From NCBI GenBank assembly GCA_051748045.1, contig JBNJGY010000001.1:126774-190773 (forward strand): a stretch of DNA of 64,000 bases, written 5' to 3'. The DNA comes from Thermotogota bacterium (GTDB taxonomy: Bacteria > Thermotogota > Thermotogae > Petrotogales > Petrotogaceae). The translations under genes were made by a program, and so were the position numbers. Shown here piece by piece: positions 10,880-21,067 of the stretch. Under the pieces are notes generated by a model that did no database searches, was not told the origin of the DNA, and was given only the letters and a program-made list of their open reading frames with translations. Every line of letters begins with the position of its first letter. The stretch's first letter is position 1.

Positions 10880-12938
10880 AATACTTAAAAGTTATCACTG
10901 CTCCTTTAGGTATTTTTTGCATAAATGAACTAACTTTCTCTCCATTTAATTTTAGATCAAATGATTTTATATTTTTAGTATCAATTTCCAAATGAGAGAA
11001 TAAATCGATTATGTTAGGTTCGTATTCTTCTTTAATTATTTTATAATTAGATCCATTTTTTACTTGAGAACTCAACTCAGTATGTTTAGTTCCATTTTTA
11101 ATTATTATTTTTTCTTTTTCTAGTTTTATTTTTTCTCCGTTGTAGTTAACCTCAAAAGTAGCTATATCTGTGTCAATAAATTCTCTTATTAGAGGTAATT
11201 CCAATTTTTTTGTTTGAAAATTATCGTTATTTCTAATATCTTCATTTTCATTAACTATTTGATCATTCCTAATGATAGAAACTTCTCCTGGAATTTCATA
11301 AGGAACACTATCTATTGTAAAATAAACTGAATCAGAAAAATTTGAAACAACATCTTTAACTTTTGGACTTTTTGTTTTTATTTTTTGCCCATCTTTTAAA
11401 ATTGTTTCAGGAGAAACTTCTTCTTCATTTATTAATATTTTTGGATATATTTCTTTTGGTTCTCCATCTAAATAATATTTAATAGGTTCAATAATATCCT
11501 TTATTCTTATCTTTATTTCCTCACCTTGCTCTGGAGGATAAACTTCTATTTTATCTCCTGGTTTTACTTTAGATTTAAGATTTGATTTTTCCTCATTTAT
11601 TTTAATCAAAGCTTCTTTTCCTAGATTACCTTTTTTTATTTTAAACTCATCGTTTAACTCATATGTAATTGCCTTTGAAGGTTTCCCTATTAATTGATTT
11701 GGAGAATACCCAACTTGTAGTAAAACTTGCATTACTGAAAGATCTGTACCAATCATCATCATATTAACAACTGTTCCATTTACTGTGACTGAGTTAAAAA
11801 CATTACCTTCTTTTTTTAATGCAGAATTAGCAATACCTATCGGAGTTATATATTCGCTGCCAATCATCACATTTTCTTCAAATTTAATTTTCTGTAAATT
11901 ATCTGTTGATTTTAAAGCAACTCTATTTTCAGATAATTCTAAATATTCAGATATTTTTTCTTTAAAAGTAGGAACTTTTCCTCCACCACCTACTAACATA
12001 ACAGCAACCGGTGATTTCCCATTTAATTCCAAAATTTTATTAGATATTTCTGAAGTTATTTTATCAATAGATTCTTTAATTATCTCTAAAATTTTTTCTT
12101 TTGATATTTCATGCTCAAAATCTAATACATCTTTATATTTAAATGAATCTTTTTCATTTAAATGTTTTTTTATTTTTTCTGCTGTATTAAAATCAATCAA
12201 TAGTTCCTTGGTGATAGCCTCTGTTATTTCATCACCTGCTAAAGGAACCATTCCATATCCAGTTATAGTCCCTTCGTTAGAAATGGCTATGTCTGATGTA
12301 CCGGCTCCAACATCTACCATAGCAATATTTAGAGTTCTTAAATCTTCAGGAACAACTAAATTCATTGCAGCAATTGGTTCTAATGTTATATGAACAGGGG
12401 TAAGACTATTCATTTCTAAAACAGATAACATGGCTTCAACTACATTTTTTGGTAAGAATGCAGCTATAACTTTTACACTTGCTTTTTTACCTTTTTGACC
12501 TTCTAAATGCTTTATCCATTCATCATCTAGTTCGTAATATAAAACTGAATAACCTACACAATACATTCCTTTTGAATAATCAAGTTTTTCAGTTGCTTCT
12601 TTTACAGCTTCTAATTCAATTTTTCTAACTTGTGATTTATCTATAAATCCTTGAGAGCTAATATCTATCTCATATTCTCCTGTAGTTGTAATTAAAAATC
12701 TACCAGCTAAAGCAACAGCCACTTCGTGCGTTGTTTCTCCGGTTTTTTCATTTATATTTTCTAATATTTTTTTTACACCTTTTGCAACTTTATTTACATC
12801 ATGAATCTGACCATCCATCATAGCCCTATTTTCATGTTCTTTTTCAAAAGAATATTTAATAATTATATTTTCTTCTTCATCTATTTCTGCGAGTAATCCG
12901 ACCAAGTTTCTTGTTCCTATATCCAACGAAAAAACCAT
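10872..12938 (-). CDS. FtsA/PilM-like actin-family ATPase with long repeated C-terminal extension
   Basis: SLDIGTR, DGQIHD, LEPIAA, VDVGAGTSD and LVGGGGK actin-fold motifs, followed by about 300 aa of repeats ending in (V/L)KxGDxI-like strands. Confidence 0.8.
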   Translation of the reverse strand: MVFSLDIGTRNLVGLLAEIDEEENIIIKYSFEKEHENRAMMDGQIHDVNKVAKGVKKILENINEKTGETTHEVAVALAGRFLITTTGEYEIDISSQGFIDKSQVRKIELEAVKEATEKLDYSKGMYCVGYSVLYYELDDEWIKHLEGQKGKKASVKVIAAFLPKNVVEAMLSVLEMNSLTPVHITLEPIAAMNLVVPEDLRTLNIAMVDVGAGTSDIAISNEGTITGYGMVPLAGDEITEAITKELLIDFNTAEKIKKHLNEKDSFKYKDVLDFEHEISKEKILEIIKESIDKITSEISNKILELNGKSPVAVMLVGGGGKVPTFKEKISEYLELSENRVALKSTDNLQKIKFEENVMIGSEYITPIGIANSALKKEGNVFNSVTVNGTVVNMMMIGTDLSVMQVLLQVGYSPNQLIGKPSKAITYELNDEFKIKKGNLGKEALIKINEEKSNLKSKVKPGDKIEVYPPEQGEEIKIRIKDIIEPIKYYLDGEPKEIYPKILINEEEVSPETILKDGQKIKTKSPKVKDVVSNFSDSVYFTIDSVPYEIPGEVSIIRNDQIVNENEDIRNNDNFQTKKLELPLIREFIDTDIATFEVNYNGEKIKLEKEKIIIKNGTKHTELSSQVKNGSNYKIIKEEYEPNIIDLFSHLEIDTKNIKSFDLKLNGEKVSSFMQKIPKGAVITFKYYD

Positions 12939-12940
12939 TA

Positions 12941-15256
12941 TTACACCTCCACTACGGTTACTCCACTTCCGCCTTCACCAGTTTTACCTAATCTAAAATT
13001 TTTAATATCTTTATTGTTTCTTAAATATTGCCAAATGCCTTCAGCAAGTTTACCGGATCCTTTTCCATGTATTATATAACCTTCATTCATTTCATTCAAC
13101 ATTAAATTTGAAAGTAAAATTTCTATTTCTGGTATAGCTTCTAACACTGTATATCCTCTTAAATCTATTTCAGGAACAACTTTTTTAGTTGGTGTATAGC
13201 TGATCTTACCTTGAGATACACTTTTTTCTTTCTTGTCTTTTTTCAATGGTTTTAATTCAGATAAATCGTAGGTTATTTCTATGGGTGTATCTTCAAGATT
13301 AACTTTTGCTTTCTTTCCTCTTATTTCTGTGATTTCACCTTTTTTATTTCCTTGAACAAATACTTTCATCCCTTTTTTAAATACATAATTAATTTTCTTA
13401 TCTTCTTTTTTGTCTATTTTTTTGTTTCTAAATTGATGCTCTAATTCTTCTAGTTTTTTTATACTTTTCTTCGCTTCTTCTTCACTTTTGTTATTTTTGA
13501 TAGTGTTTATAATTTTTTCAATTTCTTTTTTTGTATTTTTAATTTGTTGATTAAGATTTTTTATTTCGTTATCTAATTCTTCTATTTTTTGATCTTTTAA
13601 TTTATCATATTTTTCGTTAAAATCTTTTTCTTTTTGTTCTAATTGTTTTCTTTTACTTTCATGAAATTCTTTATTGGACTGCATTTCTTCATATGTCCTA
13701 GAAATTTTACTAAAAATATTTTCGCTGTTTGAATGTTCAGAAGAAATGTATTCGTTAGCTTTATCTGTAATCTCTTTTAAAAAGCCCATTCTACTTGCTA
13801 TCTCTATAGCATGTGATGCTCCAGGAACTCCAGGCATTAGCCTATAAGTAGGCTTAAGAGTTTTCATATCAAAAGACATTGATGCTGATGTCAATTTGTT
13901 ATTCTCAATTGAATATAGTTTGATTTCAGATAGATGTGAGGTCACAAATAATTTCACATTTTTGCCTATCAAGTAATCTATAATTGATTTACCAAGAGCA
14001 GACCCTTCTATTGGATCAGTTCCTGTACCTAGCTCATCTATTAGTACTAAACTATTTTCATCAGCATTTTTTATTATTGTATTTATATTAACTAAATGAG
14101 CAGAAAAAGTACTTAAGTTTTGAGTTATACTCTGTTCATCCCCCATATCAGTAAAGATATTTTTTACAAAAGGGATTTTTACTTGCATGCTTAAAACAGG
14201 TAACCCCACATGTGTAAGATAGAAAGCTACACCTATTGATTTTAAAGTGACTGTTTTACCCCCTGTATTGGGTCCAGTAATAATCATTCCATTGTTATCC
14301 AAATCAATTTCGAGAGGAACACATTCTTTTTCATCTAGTAAAGGATGCTTTAATTCTTTGAAATGAATTTTTTGATAACCCTTTTTTGGTATAAAATAAT
14401 TGGCTTTTTTTTCAAAAGAATAATTGGCTTTAGCAATCTGATAGTCAATATAAGATAATACATCTATATTTTTATGAATTATCGAGACATTATTATTTAT
14501 CAAAAGTTTTAATTCTGATAAAATTCTTGATATCTCATTTTTTTCTTTGTTTTGTAAATCAATCAATTCTTCATTAGATGAACTAATTCTTTCAGGTTCT
14601 ATGAAATAAGTTGCTCCAGAATCTGATCTGGCAACAAATAAGCCCTTAATATGCCTTCTATGCTCAGCTTTCACAGCTAGACAAAGTCTTCCATTTTTAA
14701 AGACAGGTTTTTCGATACTTAAAAATCTTGAATATTTATTTGTATAAGAAGAATATAAAGAATCAATCTTTTGTTTCGTTTTTCTTATTTTTGATCTTAG
14801 CTCTTTTAATAATTGAGAAGCAGTATCTTTAATTTCACCGTCTATATCTATTACATCATATATTCTGTTTGTCATATCTCTTAAAAAAGAAAATTTAATA
14901 AAAATATCAATGATATTTTTATCAAAATTTTCTTTATTCTCTTTAAATTCTCTATATACTACTTGATGAAATTCTGCCACTCTTCTAAATTCTTTAATGT
15001 CATTTATCGAATTTGTTTTTATTCTCTCTAAAGTATCTTGGATATCTGGTATTCCTTTTATATCAAACAATAACTGTTTATTTTTTAACATAAAAAAACT
15101 TCGGGAAATATCTATTTCCCGCTGTAATTTTTCTTGATCTGTATAAATTTTTATTTTTTGTTTTAGATATCTTTTACCATAAATACTGTGAGAATACTTG
15201 CCTATTATTTCCAGTATTTTATCTATTTCTAAATCTTTATATGTTTTTTCTAAAAT
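12941..15256 (-). CDS. mutS2: Endonuclease MutS2 (probable ATT start)
   Basis: ITGPNTGGKT Walker A, LSTFSAH, LIDELGTGTDP, coiled coil, and C-terminal Smr domain (IDLRG...IIHGKGSG...GEGGSGVT). The frame extends upstream of the track start with a MutS2-like N-terminus LEKTYKDLEIDKILE. Confidence 0.93.
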   Translation of the reverse strand: MLEKTYKDLEIDKILEIIGKYSHSIYGKRYLKQKIKIYTDQEKLQREIDISRSFFMLKNKQLLFDIKGIPDIQDTLERIKTNSINDIKEFRRVAEFHQVVYREFKENKENFDKNIIDIFIKFSFLRDMTNRIYDVIDIDGEIKDTASQLLKELRSKIRKTKQKIDSLYSSYTNKYSRFLSIEKPVFKNGRLCLAVKAEHRRHIKGLFVARSDSGATYFIEPERISSSNEELIDLQNKEKNEISRILSELKLLINNNVSIIHKNIDVLSYIDYQIAKANYSFEKKANYFIPKKGYQKIHFKELKHPLLDEKECVPLEIDLDNNGMIITGPNTGGKTVTLKSIGVAFYLTHVGLPVLSMQVKIPFVKNIFTDMGDEQSITQNLSTFSAHLVNINTIIKNADENSLVLIDELGTGTDPIEGSALGKSIIDYLIGKNVKLFVTSHLSEIKLYSIENNKLTSASMSFDMKTLKPTYRLMPGVPGASHAIEIASRMGFLKEITDKANEYISSEHSNSENIFSKISRTYEEMQSNKEFHESKRKQLEQKEKDFNEKYDKLKDQKIEELDNEIKNLNQQIKNTKKEIEKIINTIKNNKSEEEAKKSIKKLEELEHQFRNKKIDKKEDKKINYVFKKGMKVFVQGNKKGEITEIRGKKAKVNLEDTPIEITYDLSELKPLKKDKKEKSVSQGKISYTPTKKVVPEIDLRGYTVLEAIPEIEILLSNLMLNEMNEGYIIHGKGSGKLAEGIWQYLRNNKDIKNFRLGKTGEGGSGVTVVEV

Positions 15257-15816
15257 TGTAATGCCACCCCCATGGAAAATGGAAAATGATTTACTTTGAG
15301 ATACGTATCGTCTTCATCATGATTTACAAGTTTATAATATCTAGTTTCGTAACCAGCTAAAAGGTATATATTACTATAAGATAAACCTGCTTGAACTAAT
15401 ATCTCAGTAGAAAAAGTTTTTAAATAATCAGGAGAATTTACTCCTCCATAAGCATTAACAGAAAAATTTAGATCTTTAAATAAAGGACTGTTGTATTTAA
15501 CATTTAACCCCAAGGACAACCCTGTAGATTTTATATCATCATTATATGCATTTAATGGTGAATTTTTTAATTTTTCTATATAAAATATTCCTATATATGG
15601 CCCATATTTTATTTCACCAGTATCTTCAGTATCTATTAAATAAGATACTCTTCCGCCAAGATAATCATATTCATAATTACCTTGTGTCAACTCATTTATT
15701 GCTTGTGAGGTCGCTTGATGAGTTAATGAATAAGATGGTGAAATAAATAATTCAGCTGAGAAACTCATAATTGTAAAAATCAACATAGTTATTAAAATAT
15801 AAATCTTTTTGTTCAT
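15250..15816 (-). CDS. Exported protein, candidate outer-membrane beta-barrel
   Basis: Signal peptide (MNKKIYILITMLIFTIMSFSA), alternating aromatic/Gly strands (GPYIGIFY, SLGLNVKY, QAGLSY, LLAGYETRYY) and a C-terminal Phe (MGVALQF). Confidence 0.6.
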   Translation of the reverse strand: MNKKIYILITMLIFTIMSFSAELFISPSYSLTHQATSQAINELTQGNYEYDYLGGRVSYLIDTEDTGEIKYGPYIGIFYIEKLKNSPLNAYNDDIKSTGLSLGLNVKYNSPLFKDLNFSVNAYGGVNSPDYLKTFSTEILVQAGLSYSNIYLLAGYETRYYKLVNHDEDDTYLKVNHFPFSMGVALQF

Positions 15817-17649
15817 TTATACCACCCTTTTATTATTATTAATTATTTTAGTAATACTTTGTTTCAAAGATTTAGTATCTAAACCACAAATTTCTAACTG
15901 TTTTTGTCTACTTCCATGTGGTATGAATTTATCTTCAATTCCTAATGAATAAACATTTTTATCTTTAAACATTTTATAAATTGATTCATTAAAGCCTCCA
16001 CTAAGACTCCCTTCTTCAACAGTTATTATTGTAGAAGATTTTGTTTTTAATTCATTTATGATTTCTTGATCCATTTCCTTAATTGTTCTTACTCCTATTA
16101 CATTTATATCTATATCTTCAGTAGCTTTTAAAACATTCTTAGACATAGAACCAACAGTTAGAACATATGCTTCATTTAAAGAATTTTTTAGTTTTTTCCA
16201 TTTTATATCTACAAATTCTAAATCTGATATAATTTCATCTATATTTTTTTCATAATTCTCTTTAGGAAACCTAATAAATGTTGGTTTAGATAACCCTTTT
16301 TTTACACTAGTATAAAGAATATTAGCTAAATCCTGTCCATCTAAAGGAGTTATGAGTTCAATATTTGGAATTAATTTCAAATAAGATATATCAAAAACAC
16401 CATGATGTGTCGGACCATCTTCTCCCACTAACCCAGCTCTATCCAAAAGAAAAAGAGATGGTATTTTTTGTAAGGCTACATCATGTATTATTGAGTCAAA
16501 AGCTCTTTGCATAAAAGTAGAATATAAATCTACAACTGGTAAAATGCCTCCAAGAGATAAACTAGCAGCAGCTGTAACAATGCTTGCTTCTGTTATACCC
16601 ATATCAATTAATTTTTCTGGGGCTTTATCTTTTAATATATTTAAACCTGTTCCAGCAGCCATTGCTCCAGTGAAAGCTAAAAAATTTTCATTTGATATAT
16701 GGGATAAAACATTTCCTACTATCTTTGAATTAGAAACACCTAAATTTTCCATAGGTTTTGAAACACCATGAAATTTAGAAGGTTCATTTTCAGCGTTTAT
16801 ATACCCTTTCCCTTTTGTAGTCAATACATGAAGAACCACTGGCCCTTCATCATACTGTTTTAAATAATTAAGAAAAAGTTCTACTTCTTTAATATTATGA
16901 CCATCAATAGGCCCTATATATTTAATTCCTAAATCCTCAAAAAATCCAACAGGTTCAGAATAAACTGTATGCTTTAATCCTTCTTTCATCTGCTTTATCA
17001 TATTTTCTAGATCATGACCCAATTCAGAATCTCCAAGTATATCTTTCACAAACTTTTTCAAGGAATTATAGTTTTTCTTCATTCTAATTTTGGAAAACAA
17101 AGTAGAAAGAGTTCCAACATTAGGAGAAATAGCCATATCGTTGGAATTAAGTATGATTTTAACATTTGTCTTTTGATACTTTAGCTGATTTAATGATTCT
17201 AAAGCCATTCCACAAGTGAATGAGCCATCTCCTATAATAGAAAGAACATTTCTATCTTTTTTAGTAATTTTATCAGCAAGAGCGTAACCCAACGCAGCAG
17301 ATATAGAAGTACCTGCGTGCCCTGCACCAAACTTATCAGCTTCAGATTCAAAAATATTTGTAAACCCAGATATTCCATCGTAAGACCGTAATGTTTTGAA
17401 ATCATTCCATCTGTTTGTTAATAATTTATGCACATATGCTTGATGAGATGTATCCCAAATAACAACGTCTTCATAAGGATCAAAAACCCTATATAATGCT
17501 AGGGTTAATTCTACAACTCCAAAGTTAGAAGCTAAATGACCATTATTTGAATACACAACATCATAAATATATTTCCTAATCTCATCTGCAAATTCATAGA
17601 GTTGTGCGTAATTCATTTTTCTTATTTCTTTATAATATGGCTGTTCCAT
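15817..17649 (-). CDS. dxs: 1-deoxy-D-xylulose-5-phosphate synthase
   Basis: GHLASNFGVVELTLAL, FGAGHAGTSISAALG, IGDGS, YSTFMQRAFD and DRAGLVGEDGPTHHG motifs. Confidence 0.96.
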   Translation of the reverse strand: MEQPYYKEIRKMNYAQLYEFADEIRKYIYDVVYSNNGHLASNFGVVELTLALYRVFDPYEDVVIWDTSHQAYVHKLLTNRWNDFKTLRSYDGISGFTNIFESEADKFGAGHAGTSISAALGYALADKITKKDRNVLSIIGDGSFTCGMALESLNQLKYQKTNVKIILNSNDMAISPNVGTLSTLFSKIRMKKNYNSLKKFVKDILGDSELGHDLENMIKQMKEGLKHTVYSEPVGFFEDLGIKYIGPIDGHNIKEVELFLNYLKQYDEGPVVLHVLTTKGKGYINAENEPSKFHGVSKPMENLGVSNSKIVGNVLSHISNENFLAFTGAMAAGTGLNILKDKAPEKLIDMGITEASIVTAAASLSLGGILPVVDLYSTFMQRAFDSIIHDVALQKIPSLFLLDRAGLVGEDGPTHHGVFDISYLKLIPNIELITPLDGQDLANILYTSVKKGLSKPTFIRFPKENYEKNIDEIISDLEFVDIKWKKLKNSLNEAYVLTVGSMSKNVLKATEDIDINVIGVRTIKEMDQEIINELKTKSSTIITVEEGSLSGGFNESIYKMFKDKNVYSLGIEDKFIPHGSRQKQLEICGLDTKSLKQSITKIINNNKRVV

Positions 17650-17669
17650 CAATATCATCCTTTAGTTTT

Positions 17670-18080
17670 TTAATCAATTCCTTTTGCAAAATTATCTAAA
17701 ATTCCATTCACAAACTTTATGGATTTTTCATCTCCATATTTTTTTGTTAATTTTATACTTTCATCTATAACAACTTTAAAAGGTACATTTTTTCTATATA
17801 ACAATTCATAAAAACCCATTCTTAACGAAGTTTTTTCAACAAAACCCAATCTCTCAAATTTCCAATTTTTTAAATTTGCTTTTATTTGCTCATCAATATT
17901 ATCAATTTTAGAAAAAAGATCGTTGATATATTTTTTAGAATGTTTTATATTTTTTTCATCAATATTTTCTTCTTTTGTTTTATCTTCAATTAAAAATTCA
18001 ATGTGTTCTTTATTTAAATCTCTATAGTTTTTTTGAAATATGATTTGAAAAGCTAATTCTCTAACAGGGGATATTTCCAT
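17670..18080 (-). CDS. nusB: Transcription antitermination factor NusB
   Basis: RELAFQIIFQ, NWKFERL, VPFKVVIDESIKLTKKYG and FVNGILD motifs. Confidence 0.93.
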   Translation of the reverse strand: MEISPVRELAFQIIFQKNYRDLNKEHIEFLIEDKTKEENIDEKNIKHSKKYINDLFSKIDNIDEQIKANLKNWKFERLGFVEKTSLRMGFYELLYRKNVPFKVVIDESIKLTKKYGDEKSIKFVNGILDNFAKGID

Positions 18081-18514
18081 TATTCATTCCCTTTCTGTTC
18101 TTCATCTTCTTCAGTTTCTTCTGTATTTTCTTCTATGTATTCATCATAATCTTCTTCTACATTTTCTTCAATTTCTTCTCCCATGTTGATATATTCGAGA
18201 GATTCTATTGTAATATCTACATTTGTAATAAAAATTTCAGACATTTTTTCTAATTCTTCTTTGATAGATTTTTGTACTTTTTTTGAAAAGTCAACAATAT
18301 TTTCACCATATTTTGCTGGTATTTTTAAAGTCAAACTCAAGCTATCATCTTCATTATGAACTATCCTAATATTTTTTGAAAGTTCTCTTTCTATTTTTTG
18401 GTTGAATATTTGTTCCTCTTTCATGAATTTCTCAACAGTTTTATAAGTGATATCTCTTAACACTGTTTCAGATATGGTAATTTCTCCAAAATTGTTTTCT
18501 TCTTTTATAGGCAT
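18080..18514 (-). CDS. Asp23/Gls24 family protein with acidic tail
   Basis: GEITISETV, YGENIVDFSKKVQKSI and VDITI motifs; the asp23-nusB gene order is familiar. Confidence 0.8.
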   Translation of the reverse strand: MPIKEENNFGEITISETVLRDITYKTVEKFMKEEQIFNQKIERELSKNIRIVHNEDDSLSLTLKIPAKYGENIVDFSKKVQKSIKEELEKMSEIFITNVDITIESLEYINMGEEIEENVEEDYDEYIEENTEETEEDEEQKGNE

Positions 18515-18564
18515 TTTAATACCTCCCTTGATTGTATTCTTTCCACCTAAAATTATATCATACT

Positions 18565-21015
18565 TTAAAACATTTTTAATTGGCCATGTGGTGTTTTATA
18601 TTTTTTCTTTTTTATATTTTTAATTTTTTTTAATCTATTTTCTAAATCTACTTTATCTGATAAATTATCTAAAACATCTTTTGCCCTATCTACTATTTCA
18701 GCTGGAAATCCTGCTAATCTAGCAACCTCAATCCCATAACTATTATCGCTTACCCCTTCTTCTATTTTATGTAAAAATAGAACTCCATCTTTTGTTTCTT
18801 TAACTTGAACTCTTTTTGTAATTACATTTTCATAAATTTCAGAAAGCATTGTGAGTTCTGTATAATGAGTAGCGAATATAGTGTTTGATTTCAATACCTG
18901 GAATAAATATTCAGAAATAGCCCAGGCTACTGAAATTCCATCTAAAGTGGAAGTTCCTCTTCCAACTTCATCTAAAAGAACCAAAGAGTTCTCTGTAGCT
19001 TGATTCAAAATTGTTGACATTTCCATCATCTCTACTAAAAAAGTAGACTTCCCAGTAACTATATCGTCTTTTGCACCAATTCTAGTAAAAATTCTATCGT
19101 ATATAGGTATCTCAGCTTCATCTGCAGGAATAAAGCATCCTGATTGCGCTAAAATACTGATTATCCCTATTTGTCTAATATATGTAGATTTACCACTCAT
19201 GTTAGGTCCTGTTAAAACTATAAATCTTTTTTCTTGAACCTCGAAATCATTTTTTGTAAAAGTTTCAACAAAGTTTTCAACAACTGGATGCCTTGAATTT
19301 ATTATTTTTGATTTGTTTCCTTCAACAAAATTTGGCCTATTATAATTATTTATTCTACTTATTTCAGCGAAGTTAATTATTACATCTAAAAATCCAATCT
19401 TTGCAGATATTATTTTTAATTCTTTTATATGTTTTGATATTTCTCTTATAAAATTATTAAAAATTGTTTTTTCAATTTTTTTAACTTTTTCTTCTGCTAT
19501 AATAACTTTTTTTTCTAATTCTCTTAGTTCTTCTGTGATAAATCTTTCTGTGTTTGTAAGTGTTTGCTTTCTTATATATTCTCCTGGAACATTATTGGAT
19601 TGTGCTTTTGATACTTCTATATAAAAACCATAAATTTTATTTCTTCCTAATTTTAAAGTATTGATTCCTGTTTTTTCTTTTTCTCTCTTTTGAATTCTTT
19701 CTAAAAATGTATCTATATCAGTAATTAAACTTCTATATTCGTCTAGTTCTTGAGATATATTTTCTTTTACTACTTTTCCATCTCCTGGTTCATTTGATGG
19801 TTCATCAAATATATGTGTTTCTATTTCTTCCTTTAAATCATTTTTTAAATTAATATTCTCAAAAAAATCTTTCAACTTATCATTAATCTCCAAAGTTTCT
19901 TTTATTAAAGGGAGTTGAATCAAAGAGTCTTTTAAAGCTATTAAATCTCTTGGGGTTGCCTTTTCAAGAGATATCCTTGATATTATTCTATCGATATCTT
20001 TTATATAAGAAAGATATTCTTTTACCTCTTCTGAAATAAAAGTGTCTTCATAAAATATCTCTACCAAATCGAGTCTTTGATTTATTTTTTCTTTTTGTAT
20101 CAATGGACGATTGAGAAAATCTTTTAATTTTCTATGACCCATGGGTGTTTTTGTTTTTTTTAATATTTCATATAATGATTTTCCTCGATTTTCATCTGGA
20201 ATAATATTTAAATTAGTCATAGTATTTATGTCGATATACATAAAGTCTTTTGATTTGAATTTTTTTGGAATATTTAGATGCTTAATTTTTTTAAATTGAG
20301 TTAATTCTAAGTATTTTAAAACCGCGTCTAAACTATTTAGCTCTTTTGAATCGAATGGCAAATGATCTAGAGATAATAAATCATATGACTCTTTGATATG
20401 TTCTTCATAATTTGAAGAAAAATACCATTCATCAAGTATTTCAATATATATTTTTTCTGAAACTGATTTTATTTCATTTTTCAAATTTCTCAATTTATAG
20501 CTCAACAATACTTGTGAATAATTATTAGATATGATTAAATCTAATAATTCATTTTGAGAAATATCAAATCTATCTATATAGAGTTCTCCAGTTGAAAAAT
20601 CAAATAAAATTATTATATATTGGTTATTTTTATCATCTTTATTTATTAAAATACTAAACCTATTATTTTCATCCAGCATATTATCTTCAATAATTGTCCC
20701 AGGAGTAATAACTCTTGTAACTTCTCTTCTTACTATACCTTTTGATGCTGAAGGCTCTTCTACTTGCTCACAAATAGCTACTTTTAAACCGTTGTCTAGT
20801 AACTTTTTCAAATAATTATCCAAAGCATGATATGGTATTCCTGCCATAGGATAATTGTTTCTTTTTGTTAACACTATTTGCAAGATTTCTGATATTTTTT
20901 TTGCATCGTCAAAAAAAGTTTCATAAAAATCGCCTAATCTGAAAAGTAATACAGAATCTTGATTTTTTTCTTTTATTTTCATGTATTGTTTCATCATTGG
21001 TGTATACTCAGCCAT
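18565..21015 (-). CDS. mutS: DNA mismatch repair protein MutS
   Basis: TPMMKQY, FRLGDFYE, GIPYH, LTGPNMSGKSTY, STFLVEM, LLDEVGRGTST, FATHY and SYGIEVARLAG motifs. Confidence 0.97.
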   Translation of the reverse strand: MAEYTPMMKQYMKIKEKNQDSVLLFRLGDFYETFFDDAKKISEILQIVLTKRNNYPMAGIPYHALDNYLKKLLDNGLKVAICEQVEEPSASKGIVRREVTRVITPGTIIEDNMLDENNRFSILINKDDKNNQYIIILFDFSTGELYIDRFDISQNELLDLIISNNYSQVLLSYKLRNLKNEIKSVSEKIYIEILDEWYFSSNYEEHIKESYDLLSLDHLPFDSKELNSLDAVLKYLELTQFKKIKHLNIPKKFKSKDFMYIDINTMTNLNIIPDENRGKSLYEILKKTKTPMGHRKLKDFLNRPLIQKEKINQRLDLVEIFYEDTFISEEVKEYLSYIKDIDRIISRISLEKATPRDLIALKDSLIQLPLIKETLEINDKLKDFFENINLKNDLKEEIETHIFDEPSNEPGDGKVVKENISQELDEYRSLITDIDTFLERIQKREKEKTGINTLKLGRNKIYGFYIEVSKAQSNNVPGEYIRKQTLTNTERFITEELRELEKKVIIAEEKVKKIEKTIFNNFIREISKHIKELKIISAKIGFLDVIINFAEISRINNYNRPNFVEGNKSKIINSRHPVVENFVETFTKNDFEVQEKRFIVLTGPNMSGKSTYIRQIGIISILAQSGCFIPADEAEIPIYDRIFTRIGAKDDIVTGKSTFLVEMMEMSTILNQATENSLVLLDEVGRGTSTLDGISVAWAISEYLFQVLKSNTIFATHYTELTMLSEIYENVITKRVQVKETKDGVLFLHKIEEGVSDNSYGIEVARLAGFPAEIVDRAKDVLDNLSDKVDLENRLKKIKNIKKKKYKTPHGQLKMF

Positions 21016-21033
21016 CAATAGTCCTCCTGCTTC

Positions 21034-21065
21034 AAAAAATTAGGGCGCTTTCATAGCGCCCTTAT
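21034..21065 (-). terminator. Intrinsic terminator after clpP
   Basis: Stem AGGGCGCT/AGCGCCCT with 5-nt loop, followed by a T-rich tract on the minus strand. Confidence 0.7.
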
Positions 21066-21067
21066 TA

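Noticed and set aside
11785..12393. 202-aa plus-strand ORF
   Set aside because: Antisense shadow of the FtsA-like gene; no SD, and the Ser/Ile/Phe-rich composition is typical of shadows.
18080..18190. Glu-rich low-complexity repeat at the end of the Asp23-family gene
   Set aside because: An acidic disordered tail with no regular DNA repeat unit.
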